From: Octopus bimaculoides
Lineage: Eukaryota
Direction: 5' to 3'
DNA length: 64,000 nucleotides
NCBI RefSeq assembly: GCF_001194135.2
Contig: NC_068982.1
Location: 104,970,991-105,034,990 of the forward strand
Made by a program: the position numbers and the translations under genes. This document shows positions 51,818 to 64,000 of this stretch, one piece after another (positions within the stretch are counted from its first letter, which is position 1; every line of letters starts with the position of its first letter). A model generated the notes under the pieces. The model made no database searches and was not told the origin of the DNA. It saw nothing but the letters and a program-made list of their open reading frames with translations.

Positions 51818-53880
51818 ACTTAAATCACCATGTTTGAAAATAGAGTTGATAATCAAGACATGTACAGCAAGAAAAATGCAATTACAGGGGATCTTCAGTA
51901 AATAAAAGTTTTAAATATTTCTATTTTAATTAAGAATTAATTAAGTGGGTAATGATTAGTTGGTGTGGGTGTGTGGTTAAGTGGTTAAGCAGATTGCTTC
52001 CCAACCACATGGTGTTGGGTTCAGTTCCATCGTGCAGTACCTTGGGCAAGTATCTTCTACTATAGCTCCAGGCCAGCCAAAACTTTCTGAATGTATTTGG
52101 TAGATGAAAACTGAAGAAAGCCCATTGTATTTCAACACTCACACATACACACACACACACTAGTGTGTGTATTTGTGTGCATGTGTGCTTGTGTATACAC
52201 TTGTTTTGATATCATATGCTGGTTGTAAATGAGCATCGCTGTCAACTAAGCGATGCTATTCATTTTCAGTCTTCCATGGGAAAACAGGTTTGGCTAAGGA
52301 GAAATATCATCCTGCAGGGGAACGGTGAGAGTTGGCAACAGAAAGGACATCTGACCACATAGAAAATCTGCCTCAACAAATTCCATCTGACCCATGCAAG
52401 TATGGAAAAATGGACGTTAAATGATGATGAAGATGATACTAAATATCAGAAGCATCAATTTGAAACAGTTACAGTTACTTCAGATAAAATAGAGGAGAAA
52501 CAGTTTTTAATACCGAATTTGAGATATAGCAGGCCGTATGTAATTTGACCAGTAACACTGCTGCTCAGGAAGCAATAAGTAAATGACTTGTGTTTTTTTT
52601 TTTTTTGTTTCTAAGTGGAGCATGTAATATCTATTAGCACACAGGTAGAGATATTGATCTTAAGTTTGACTTTCAATCACTTTGATTTCAGTGGGCTAAA
52701 AAAACAAACGTAAATACATCTATTCTCATTTATTACAGGGGTTTGTTTAAAAAAAAAACAGTGATAAATGAATCATGAATATGGATTCAGTCCCATTGCA
52801 TAGTACCTTGAGCAGGTATCTTCAGCTATAGCCTTAGGTTAGCCAAAAGATTGTGAGTGGATTTGGTTGACATGATCAGAAAGCAACCTGTTGTGTGTGT
52901 GTGTTTATGTGTGTGTGTGTGTGTATGTGTGTGTGTGTGTGTGTATGTGTGTGTGCGCCCACGTGTACATGCACATGGGTGTGTGTGTGTATATGCTTAT
53001 ATGTGTGTGTGAGTGTTTGTGTGTCTTTGTATCTTGAGTTGTAAATGTACATCATCTTCATAGAAATGTTGTCCAGTTCTACTCTTCTGTAGAAATATGC
53101 TCAATCAGGGGAAAAAAATAACTCACGTGGAAACAAGTGAGGGTTTGGCAAAAGGAAGGGCTTCCGGTCATAGAAAACCTGCCTCAACTAATTCCATCCA
53201 ACCCATGCAGGCATGGAAAAGTGAACGTTTAAAGAATGATGATAATGATGATATACATTTATTGATTATACATATCTACACATGCACACATTTTTCTTTG
53301 CAACTCGCCAGGACCAAAAATTCTTGTTGCATTACCCATCAATGGATTAATATGATAAGAACATGTGGTATGAATAGATATCACACAGAAGCAATGATAC
53401 GAATTAATACTGGTAGCCAGAATAGAGTTAGGCCAAAGATGTAGTTCAGAATGACCTGAGCGGAATCGGTGCTAGCTAGGAAATCTAAGAATAGATATGC
53501 AGCTGGAGACCTTGTCAATTTTTATCACATGTAGTATAGATAGGTTAACTGACACAGCAATAGGAAGGATGAAATAGCTAAATGTACGTGCACACATGCA
53601 CACACATGTACATTGTATATACAGATACACACATGAGCATGAACGTTTATATGGATATACACATTAGTATACACATGCAGACAGATATAGATATACAGGT
53701 TTATATAAAAATAGATATCAGTACACCCACACACGTGTGTGTGGTTACATACATAGATATGTGTGTGTGTGTGCGTTTATTTGCTATATGCATAAATATA
53801 GGAACTGATGCATATGCGTTTGCATATATGCATATATATAGGAACACATACATATGAATGAGTTTGTTTCCATGTATGAA

Positions 53881-53922
<42 letters not shown>

Positions 53923-54478
53923 GGAACTAATGCACATGAGTTTGTTTGCATATATGCATATAGATATAAGACCACACATTTACTGACATATATAGAGGTA
54001 TATCAATTCATACAAAAATAGATACCAACATAGAAACGCATGAATACATGCAGATGGAAACAGAGATACACCAATTCTTACAAAAATAGATGCAAACACA
54101 TATTCTCACACAAACATACAAACACACAAACATACCGACATATATATGTACATTAACATATGTGAAATACAGAGATAGCAAAAAAATAAATGCAAGCAAA
54201 AATAACACACATGTGCATGCATATGATTCACATATACAAAACAGAGATGCATATACATGCACCATAGATAAACACATGTATACATAACTGAGAGACACAT
54301 ATATGCATATATGTAACAGAGTTTGCAGACATGCACAGCTAACATATATATGTGCACTTCACACACACAGATACACACATGCACAAATAAATATTACAGA
54401 CACAGGTATGCTACACAATTACATATATACATCCAAATGTACATATGTGTAAGCACACATACATGCAAATAAACTTGG

Positions 54479-54511
<33 letters not shown>

Positions 54512-56228
54512 TAGAAACACCAACACACATGCATACATACAGAGAAGCAGCCACACACATATATACAGACACACATACACAGAATTTCTTCACAGATGCA
54601 GGTGCATATGTACTTGTATAAGTGCTCAAAATTCTACCCAAAATGTCTGATAGCAAAAACACGTGAGAAAAGATGGTTTTTATGGAACTATAAGATTCTT
54701 TTTTTTTTGTTTTTAATGATGGTCTGCAAATATGGTCTGATAGGAGATTTTATCATTTATCTCTTACTTGTTTCAGTCATTGGACTACGATCATGCTGGG
54801 GCACAACCTTGACAGGTTTAGTCAAACAGATTGACCCCAGTATTTAGTATTTTTTTTTAAAGTCTGGTGCTTATTCTCTTCATCTTTTTTTGCTGAACTG
54901 TTAAGTTACAGGGATATAAACAAACCAACACTGGTTGTCAAGTGGTGGTGGAGACAACACAAAGACATACATACATACACACACACTTTTCAATATGTGG
55001 AACCATTAATCTCGACATTTTTTCTCTCTCTCCATTTTTTGCCTCATCCCTTTCTGTTGAAGAGCATAGGCTTGAAATATCAAAGACTTTTCCATTTTTC
55101 CTGAACATCAAACGAATACACCTTGCTTGTTGTTCCCTCACCTGTCTGTTTTTTATTTTTTGTACATTTAAACCACACACACACACACATATTTACATAT
55201 GCACAATATATATGTATATATATTTACACACACACACTATGGGCTTCCACACAGTTTTGTCTTCCAAATTCACACAAAGCATTGGTTGGCCTGGGCTATA
55301 GCAGAAAACACTTGACCAAAGTGCAGCTCAGTGAGACTGAACCTGAAATCACATGGTTGCAAAGCGAGCTTCTTTATCATAGAAATTATGTCTATTTTTA
55401 CTGTGGCCAAGGAAGTGGTACATGCCCACAGAATGAAAACACTCTCCTGGATCATAGTGAGTTAAGACTAAGACTTCATTGTAATACTCACAGAAAAGTA
55501 ACACTGGTGGTTATTTATGAAGAATTTAACCCGGAGAATGGTATATTAGAGGAACCCATGAAAGGAAAGAAGAAACAAGAAGTTTACAGAGTGGTCTTAG
55601 TTCCTCCTGCTCATCATGGAGCAGAAGGATTCACATGATAAGAGATCTCCACCCAGCAGTGTCAGAAGCTCTGTCATGAGTCTGTTCTCAGATCAAACCC
55701 ATAGCTGTCAGGTTTTCTTCAGTCCTCACCCAGACCTTGACAGCTCTTCCCCCGCCCCCACTTACACTCCTATTTCTGATTTCCAGTCATGATAGTTCTC
55801 AATATAAATTTTTAAAATGCTATATATAAAACGCTATATACAGGACAGTGGAGTTAACTGTGGTGTGGAGGTGTTAGGGAAAACTAAGTGAATATATTTC
55901 AATGAAAAGGTGAAGAGACAGCAAGTTCCAAAGAACATTATGTTCAGTCTTATAACTTAGTAATAACGAAAATCACCAAAGGAGATAATGAGATGCTTCT
56001 ATGTAGGTGCTTGACCTGCCACAAATAGTAGAAAAAATTTCCTCAAATCAGACTCTAGTCTTCAAAAAAAGAACTATACATTTAATTATGTAGTCATAAA
56101 TACATTAAATCAGGGAAAAAGCAAAGTGCTACATTGTGGGATTGGACCAAGGACCTCATGGTTGCCAACCAAACTTCTTAACCATTTGGCCATACAACAC
56201 TTACACACACACATGTGTATATATAGTT

Positions 56229-57369
56229 TTCGTATGTGGCAGATGCTCAGGAGCAATAAACATGGAAAATGTGCAGAGAACAACTTCTGCCACATTCCAA
56301 GGAGAAAAACTAGAAATAGTTGATAGCTTCCGCTACCTAGGTGACCAAGTCAGTAGCAGGGGTAGTTGCTCTGAAAGTGTAGCTGCTAGAAAAAGAATAG
56401 TCTGGGCAAAGTTCAGAGAGCTCCTGCCTCTGCTGGTGACAAAGGGCCTCTCGCTCAGAGTAAAAGGTAGACAGGATGACACGTGTACAAACAGCCATGC
56501 TACATGGCAGTGAAACATGGGCCGTGACTGCTGAGGACATGCGTAAGCTTGCAAAGAATGAAGCTAGTATTCTCCGCTGGATGTGTAATGTCAGTGTGCA
56601 TACTCGACAGAGTGTAAGCGCCTTGAGAGAAAAGTTGGACCTAAGAAGCATCAGATGTGGTGTGCAAGAGAGACGACTGCGCTAGTATGGTCATGTGGTG
56701 AGAATGGATAAGGATAGCTGTGTGAAAATGTGCCACACCCTAGCGGTTGAGGGAACCTGTGGAGAAGGTAGACCCAGGAAGACCAGGGATGAGATGGTGA
56801 AGCACGACCATCGAACATTAGGCCTCACCAAGGCAATGACTATTGACCGAGACCTTTGGAAATATGCTGTGCTTGAGAAGACATGGCAAGCCAAGTGAGA
56901 CCATAACCCGTGGCCTATGCTAGGGGTGTAACCAGCCCACTTATGCATACCTTTCCTTCATTGGACACAAAACTCTGCTTGCAAAGACCTGTTGAAGCAA
57001 GTGAAATCGAAATCGAAATCAAATTCGATGACAGCACCGCATAACTGGCATCTGTGCTAGTGGAGTGCTAAGAGAACCATCTGAACGTGATCGTTGCCAG
57101 GGCCGCTGACTGGCTCCCGTGCAGGTGGCACGTAAAAAAACATCATTTGAGCGTGGCCGTTGCCAGTACCGCCTGACTGGCCCTCGTGCCGGTGGCACGT
57201 AAAAGCACCCACTACACTCTCGGAGTGGTTGGCGTTAGGAAGGGCATCCATCTGTAGAAACTCTGCCAGATCAGATTGGAGCCTGATGCAGCCATCTGGC
57301 TCGCTAGTCCTCAGTCAAATCATCCAACCCATGCCAGCATGGAAAGCGGACGTTAAATGATGATAATGA
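56229..57369 (+). mobile_element. RTE LINE 3' portion with 3' UTR and (ATG)n tail
   Basis: FRYLGDQVS, WAKFRELLPLL, MLHGSETW, RRLR*YGHVVRM, GRPRKT. The 3' UTR ends CCAACCCATGCCAGCATGGAAAGCGGACGTTAAATGATGAT. Confidence 0.9.
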
Positions 57370-57390
57370 TTATATGTACACACATACATA

Positions 57391-57427
<37 letters not shown>

Positions 57428-57429
<2 letters not shown>

Positions 57430-57828
57430 GATGATGGCCATCCACTCGTGATTGAGGGAGAACATTGCCGACCTTCAGGAACATTGTGCGCTCTAGGACT
57501 AACTTATATTTTGCTCCGTTGGTGGCTAATGAGCCCTACTCTTGACAAGCATGCATGACTGCACACATTGCAGACCAAGCTTTCCCCATTCACTATACGA
57601 GCCGTGCACTTTCGCGCAGCTCGCTTAAGTTCTTCATGCTGGATAGTGCTCTCTCAAAAGTGTCGATCCCCTCCTTAACCTGGTTCCTCCATCTGTGGCG
57701 ATGACAGGCATTGTTCTCCCAGTCAGTGTCCTGCATATCAGAGGCCTTTAATGAGGACTTGACACAGTCCTTAAATCGCAGCCTTGGTTTCTGCCGGAGT
57801 TTCCTTCCATTCACAAGTTCTCCATATA
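57428..57828 (-). mobile_element. RTE-BovB-like LINE 3' end with terminal C2H2-like finger
   Basis: YGELVNGRKLRQKPRLRFKDCVKSSLKA...W...RHRWRNQVKEGIDTFE, one frameshift, then LVCNVCSHACLSRVGLISHQRSKI*. Ends GGATGGCCATCATCAT. Confidence 0.85.
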
Positions 57829-57912
57829 TATATGGAGAACTTGTGAATGGAAGGAAACTCCGGCAGAAACCAAGGCTGCGANNNNNNNNNNTATATATAC
57901 ATATACATACAT

Positions 57913-57945
<33 letters not shown>

Positions 57946-59499
57946 TGGGATTCCACAATTTCTGTCTAGACTTATTTAAAGAATCACACAGTGGGATTGG
58001 ATCTGGGACCATGCAACTGCTAAGAACTTCTTAACCATGTGACTATGATAATGCCCACACATACACATGATGCTTTCTCTCAATCTGCTATCATGTGTCC
58101 TTATGTCCAACATGTCCTGTTATAACCCAATAAATGACAATTGTATCTTTTGTTTTCCAGGGACTTTTTCATAATGAAATAGAATGAAATATACAAAAAC
58201 ACAGAGAAACACTGTTTCTGATGGTTCAAAGAAAAATTGTTCAATATTTCTATAAACACACAAAAGCATATATAAATACACAAATGCAGAGTAAAGATAT
58301 GTTTTATTTGCAGTTGAGAATGTTGTTAAGTTTATTTTATTTCATCTATCAGTTGCTAGAACAGCTAGGGAAGGAATGAGTTTGTTCATTGTTATAATGT
58401 GGTAGTTGCTATGAGAGTCAATATGAGTTTTAACTTAAAGTGAGGGATAAAGAGGAGGTTTATTTTGGGGCTACTGTGCAGACTGCGAGTTCAGAGACAT
58501 TTGGCTGCTATTTTCAGTCATCACCCTCAGATGTATTTAGCATCTCTGACTTAAGGATAACTTTATGAGTCTTGGAGGCCCTGAAATGGATATGGAGCAA
58601 CTGATCTTTTGCCTAAAGCATGTACAAAAAAAAAGAAAGATAAAAAGCTAGTCACATGATCATGTAGAGGCTTCCTCATTGTATTTAGTTTCTATCTTTT
58701 TTTTTTTTTGTATGTGTTGAAGGAAGGGAAGTGTGGCATATAGCATTTGGGAGAACAAGGATTTCAAATCAAAGAGCTAGATAACACAACTGACTGAGAT
58801 TAATATGTTGTTTGATTAAAGACTGAAGTACTGCAAAAACATACAAGGTCTACAGAGTGGTGGTTCTTGAAATGAAAAGAAACAGCATGATTGGCAACAA
58901 GCAGAGAGGTGAGCTACAACAGATGACTTCAACCTGTCAGACAATTTTGAAGAACACGCTTAATATAATAGCAGAGAGACAGAGTGAAGAAAACACTTTG
59001 AAGGACAGGAACTAGAGCTTTCCTGTAAAGAAGGATTCAAGGAAGCAGACTAGGATGCTGGTAGACAAAAGGGGTTTGCCATACCAGTATGAGAATAATT
59101 ATTTCACAGTTGGGTGCATCTGGGACTTACACAGAACGAACAGATGTTCAGTGTTTCTTTGCTTTAAAGAGAAAACCAAAGCTTCCTTCATGTGGTTCTG
59201 GAAGTATAGAGAATATAAGACTTCCAGAAGAGACTACAGATGGCGAATTTTTACATGTGAAATGTAGGGAATCTTTTCTAAGTTAGTAGTTATAGGTATC
59301 TTTCAAGAGAAACAGAAGTATTGAGCCAGCTGGAAAAACACTTGTTCAAAATATTTACATACAAATACAAAATAAAAATGAAGAAAAAAACTACTCCACC
59401 CATGCTGACATAGGAAGAAATATACATAAAACAGCAAGGAAAAAAAAAAGTTAATGGTTTTTTTCAACTCCAAGAAACAAAGGACAGTGCAGCTTATCA

Positions 59500-62400
59500 A
59501 AGAGTGTTGTAAACCGGTAGGAGTTATGAAACCGAGATAGCTGGATGAAGTGAGTCCAGTTTTGGGTGGAATCGTTTATAGTCAGTCGTTCATGGTTATG
59601 TTTTAAGCTTTAAGAAAGAAAAAAAAAAAACGGTACATGACAGAAAAGGCGGGAGCAAAATTTTGTTAACATTAAGGGGCCCAAAATAATGTAATGTTTT
59701 TAATATATGTGCAGACCCTTTCTTCGTAGGGTTTGATTTAAAAAAAAAATATTAGCCACAATGTTTCTTTTCATGGTGGAGTTTTGGAATAGCTGTCCCT
59801 TGAACTCTCATAATTCGGGGGACATGGGAAAGGAAAAAGACACAAGTAGGGAGAGAAGTGCAAATGTAAACAAATTGATATTTTGGGAGACGTTTTTTCA
59901 GAATCGCAATTTCCGTTGAATGAAACACTGGGAAACTATAACACTAAGGAAAACCTACCCTTTTCTTTTCCAGTAAGGAATAGAACTTTTCCAGAGTTCC
60001 GCCGAAAGTTGGTGGGAAAAAAACATCGCAGGATTTTAATTTTAGGGAACGCGATACCGTTAAATTGTTACGTAAATAGTGGTTTTTAAAGAAACCGTTT
60101 CTGGAATATCACAACAGAAGAGAAATAGAATGATTTATGGTCCAATGATAACAAGTGCATAACATGGATACCAAGATAAGAAACTAGATAAGTAGTTTTG
60201 GTACCATTAATTTATAAACATTGTGGGGTCAGCGTTTATGTTGTCGCTCGAACTGTTTGAAGTAGCAGCCAAATAGCTCTCAAAATCACACCCGTCCGTC
60301 TTAAAAAAGGAAGGACACATCGGATAATACAAGTACAAGATTCATTATTACTCGTAGGGGGAAGAAAAACAAGATGGTCACAGCCGGAATGCCACTGATC
60401 AAAGGCGTGCTCGATCACATTGTGGGGTTTGTTAGAAGTATAGGCCAGTCGAATTATTGAAGAGTTAAGAACATTATCAAATGGCACAAGGCCACATACT
60501 GAGGGGGTGGAGTCTATTGTTTAATTCACCCAGGTAATTTGACGGATACTTCTTCAACTCAGGGAGGAAAAGCTAGGTCAACCTTGGTGAGATTTGAACC
60601 CAAAACGTAAAATGAGTCCAACTATCCGCTGCTGCTCTTAATATTTATTTACCAATATATTATACTGTTTTGTTATTCAAACTTACCCTCTCCAAGATCG
60701 ATAAAATAAGCGACAGATTCATTAGATAAAAAGACACACACACACAATCAATATAACTTACGTGTAACACCAACATTCAGGAAGCCTCTACGAGGTCGCT
60801 CGTTTTGTAAGAAATAGCAGCTCAATCTCTCTCAAACCACACCTTAATGCCTTGAAAGAACAGGACACATTGGATATTGTCGTCCGGCGTGCACAGTGAC
60901 AGAAAACATGGCATGAACATGACTGAAATGCCTTACAATAACTATCATCATAAACTTGGAGTTAAACAACGATAAACATGATTTCAGTAACACTACAAAA
61001 CATACGAGCCATCGACGGATCCATTCTACATGGTTATCGGCCTGCTCGAAACAGCAGCCAAATTTGTCACAAGCTCCCACTCCGTAACATCTTTAAAAAA
61101 AAAGACACATTAAAAATAGTGCTATAAACCACTAGAAGGACCAGATGGTCATGACCGGTACGTATTCGATAATAGGGCTGCTTGGTTAGAGTTTGGCTTG
61201 GAGCTTAAACAAGAACAAGTCACATATTTATAAGACAACAAAAGTCCATGTGACTACTTGTTCTATGTAAGCAGCCGAAATCTCTAACCAAGTTCCAACT
61301 GCCTTTAGAAAGAAATTCTCATATCTTAAACCCACCAATGTTTCGTTCGCTCGATTGTGTGTCGAGGGCTTTAGTGCAGCAGAAACAACCAGGTTACTTC
61401 GTAACAACAACACAACACCCACATTATAACAGCAAATCATACCCTACTATCTCACTCTCTTCATACAACACTGTGAGAATGTAAGAAGACGGGTTTAAAG
61501 TTTTGATATATTTATATCAATTACCACGAGGATCGTATGTCATTGAAAGTCATTAAATAAATTTATGGCATGAAACTCACAGTCATAAAAAGTATACTAA
61601 GTTTATGTGTAAATCATGGTAAAAAAAAAAAAATAGTTGTAGGGATAATCTCTCTCGGAAGAGCATAGTCTGCTGCTAATAATGATTTTTAACATGAGAA
61701 CAAATCCACACATCGAAATTTTTCTCAATGAATTCAAGGGTAAATTTTTTTAAGGGATATCGATCGCTAAACGGACGAAAAAAGGACAGTAAATATTTTA
61801 ACAGTATTCGAACCAGAAATGCACAGCCGCAGCTAAAGCCAGTTTAATCAAATACCCGAACTATTTGTACCAACTCGAATGATAATAAATGTGATGAAAA
61901 TCCTCAAAAGTTGAAAATGTGTGAGAAAAAATACGAGAAGAAACAAGATTTCATAACAGATAATAATAAAAAAATATCTAATATACACGAAATATTTTAA
62001 AGTTGAAAAATTATGAGAAAAAGAATAAAACATTAAATTCTTCAAATCTGGTAACACAAGTTTTCTTGTTTGTTTTGACAATTGACTAAAACAGATGTTT
62101 TTGTTTTTTAAGAGAAAACTTTTTCATGCAATAAAAATACATTATAAAGAAAAAATAACTCACCAAGCATAAAATATAAAGAAGTATTCATTAAATATAC
62201 TTCTATTTATGTATGTATATAATATATAAGAAAAGTTGTTTTTCTTTCCTTTAATAAGAGATTACTTGCTTTATCGTTGGAGTGTTGTAATGTAAGTTAG
62301 TACCACCAACGAAGAGTGGATAGCAGTGTGAAGTATGTGTTTGGCTGATATAGTCCCAGGATACGAACTGACAAGGTAAAGTGTCCCTTTATGGGGTACT

Positions 62401-63826
62401 TTTAGTTTACTACTACTATTTTCGTTCTTTTTCTCCTTTTTGTTCTTGTCTAACTGACCCACTTCAAGTCGAGCCAACAGTATCATGAACACAGCAGAAA
62501 TTGCACTAACAAGGCTATCGGGTACTTGTGTAGTGTGTATAAATGTATGAACGTGTATCTGTGTATATAAAAGAGTATACACTTTAGCATGTGAGATATA
62601 TATGATTGTGTGTATGCCAGGAGGTGGGTTGTGTATGTGTGGAAAGATTAGAGGCCAAGTAAAGGCTAGAAAAGTGGTAGGAGGGTCGTTTGCACAGTTG
62701 TCAGTTTTTTCCTTTCCCACTGCCTGTTCATTGTGTGGAGAGGAGTGATTAAAAGAGAGTAAAGTGGGGCGGAGGCTTACGAGTGGTGGCGGTGGGTTGC
62801 TTTGGCGAGGCGGGCGGATCGGAACGAGGAGAGGGAGAGAGATCTCTAGTCTTAAATGCATCTGTCTATTTTGCTCACGATTAAAGCTACATTAAACAAC
62901 ACTGACTGAAAAGAAAACATCTTTTCCTCACTTTCTATGCAAACTTACACTCCATTTAGCACACACATACACATACAAAATGGCAAGAAAGCATTGTAGA
63001 ATTTTCCAGCTTACTTGATTTATAGTATGTTCAACATTAGATAACTTGATTTCCTACATTGGTTCTTTTTTTATTTCATGAAGTGGAAGAGGGAACAGAA
63101 TTTTGTCATGTTCATATCTATCTAGAATTACCGTTTGTATTTGTTGTTTGGCTCCAGGTTAGCCCTGATCAAGCTGATCTATGACCAAAGGCGCTCCAGC
63201 CGTGACAATACTGCCTCTTTGTAGGTGTATAGTATCTGCGACTTAACATCATCCTATGTACCCTTTTCTTTGTAAGACAGTAGGATATGATCTGAGGGAG
63301 ATTCGGCTGCTGTTTCTAAGCATGTGAGTGACTCCGTAAAGGTTCTATTATTGGCTCACGAAATGGAAACTCAGCTGTGATTTCCGTCTGACAGTGATCA
63401 CTATTAAATTAATTCTTATTAGTTCATGAAATCTATGTTGTTATAGCAGCAGATATGATTCTGGTTTCAGTCATTGACAATTTTGTTTATATAAATAACC
63501 AACACCATTCAGCGATAAATTCAGTATGTGCTGAAATACTCAAGGTAGAACTGAGTATAAAGACTCATAAAATTAACGTTAACATCGCAATGTAATTTAT
63601 TTCAATCACTGTAAAGCTTCTAGATAAATACTGAGTTTCGGACAAAGTACAACCCTATAACTTTTTAAAGAAAGTTTTTTTTTTTTGGTTTTCTACGGTT
63701 TAAACATAGGAAATTAAGATTATGAAAAAAAAAAAAAAAAGATAAATAAAACAAAAATAAAAAATAAAGTCACAAATTCACTTTTCTCAATCTCTGTTCG
63801 TTTAACTCAATCCCCAACCCCAATCC

Positions 63827-63863
<37 letters not shown>

Positions 63864-64000
63864 GCAGCAGCAGCAGCAAAGTGAAAGTAAAAGTTAAAGA
63901 AATCATCGTCATCATCATTATTAAACGCCGCCGAAGTCGACGTTGTCCTTTCTGGGTGGATAAAATAACGTTAAGCGCTGGGGTCAATGTAATCGATTAG
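59500..64000. promoter_or_regulatory. CpG-retaining, promoter-like region with GC boxes at 62766-62775 (GGGGCGGAGG) and 62812-62817
   Basis: CG dinucleotides become frequent in unique sequence from about 59.5 kb and are rare to the left outside young repeats. Judged by eye, not counted. Confidence 0.5.

Noticed and set aside
55385-55638. Open frame of about 84 codons ending VYRVVLVPPAHHGAEGFT
   Set aside because: The upstream part of the listed ORF is SINE. The end weakly resembles the RTE VYRAVVLPTLLYGxETWT motif. Neither a gene nor a TE call is supportable.
57776-57881. Perfect 106-bp palindrome
   Set aside because: It is centred on a TA run, mirrors RTE sequence exactly, and ends at a 10-N gap. 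This is the typical signature of an assembly fold-back.
61325-61385. CUCGA/UCGAG hairpin followed by CGAAAC
   Set aside because: No CUGANGA, the triplet is GUG, and there is no stem I.
62271-62861. 196-aa minus-strand ORF
   Set aside because: It crosses low-complexity CA-rich and A-rich sequence and GC boxes and has no recognisable domain. It may include a short real exon, but I cannot support the whole ORF.

Overview
AT-rich, repeat-saturated animal genomic DNA with 8 N-gaps, most flanked by (TA)n or (GT)n. The repeat families match those I recognise from octopus genomes, so the organism is inferred to be a coleoid cephalopod. I could not recognise any intact host protein-coding gene: the ORF track is almost entirely microsatellite, gap and transposon translations. 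The window is a mosaic of three or four tRNA-derived SINE families, RTE LINE fragments (one long RT-containing copy with a dead YADD), two RTE-BovB-like 3' ends with a C2H2 finger, an R4-like RLE LINE end, a Penelope-like GIY-YIG fragment, hAT, mariner and Tc1 transposase fossils, and hAT and piggyBac-type MITEs with target-site duplications. CpG is scarce from 1 to about 59.4 kb and becomes common after about 59.5 kb, which suggests a methylated gene body running into an unmethylated promoter region. The most interesting signal is three type I hammerhead ribozyme motifs, all on the minus strand (18413-18504, 36909-37016, 46108-46211). Each has a palindromic or near-palindromic helix III and an unusually long stem II domain (46-65 nt), and two share an 11-nt apical motif. 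Also notable are a 46-bp hairpin whose six mismatches are all G-U pairs on one strand, and a cluster of four young SINE copies in inverted orientations. All structures were folded by eye and none was computed.
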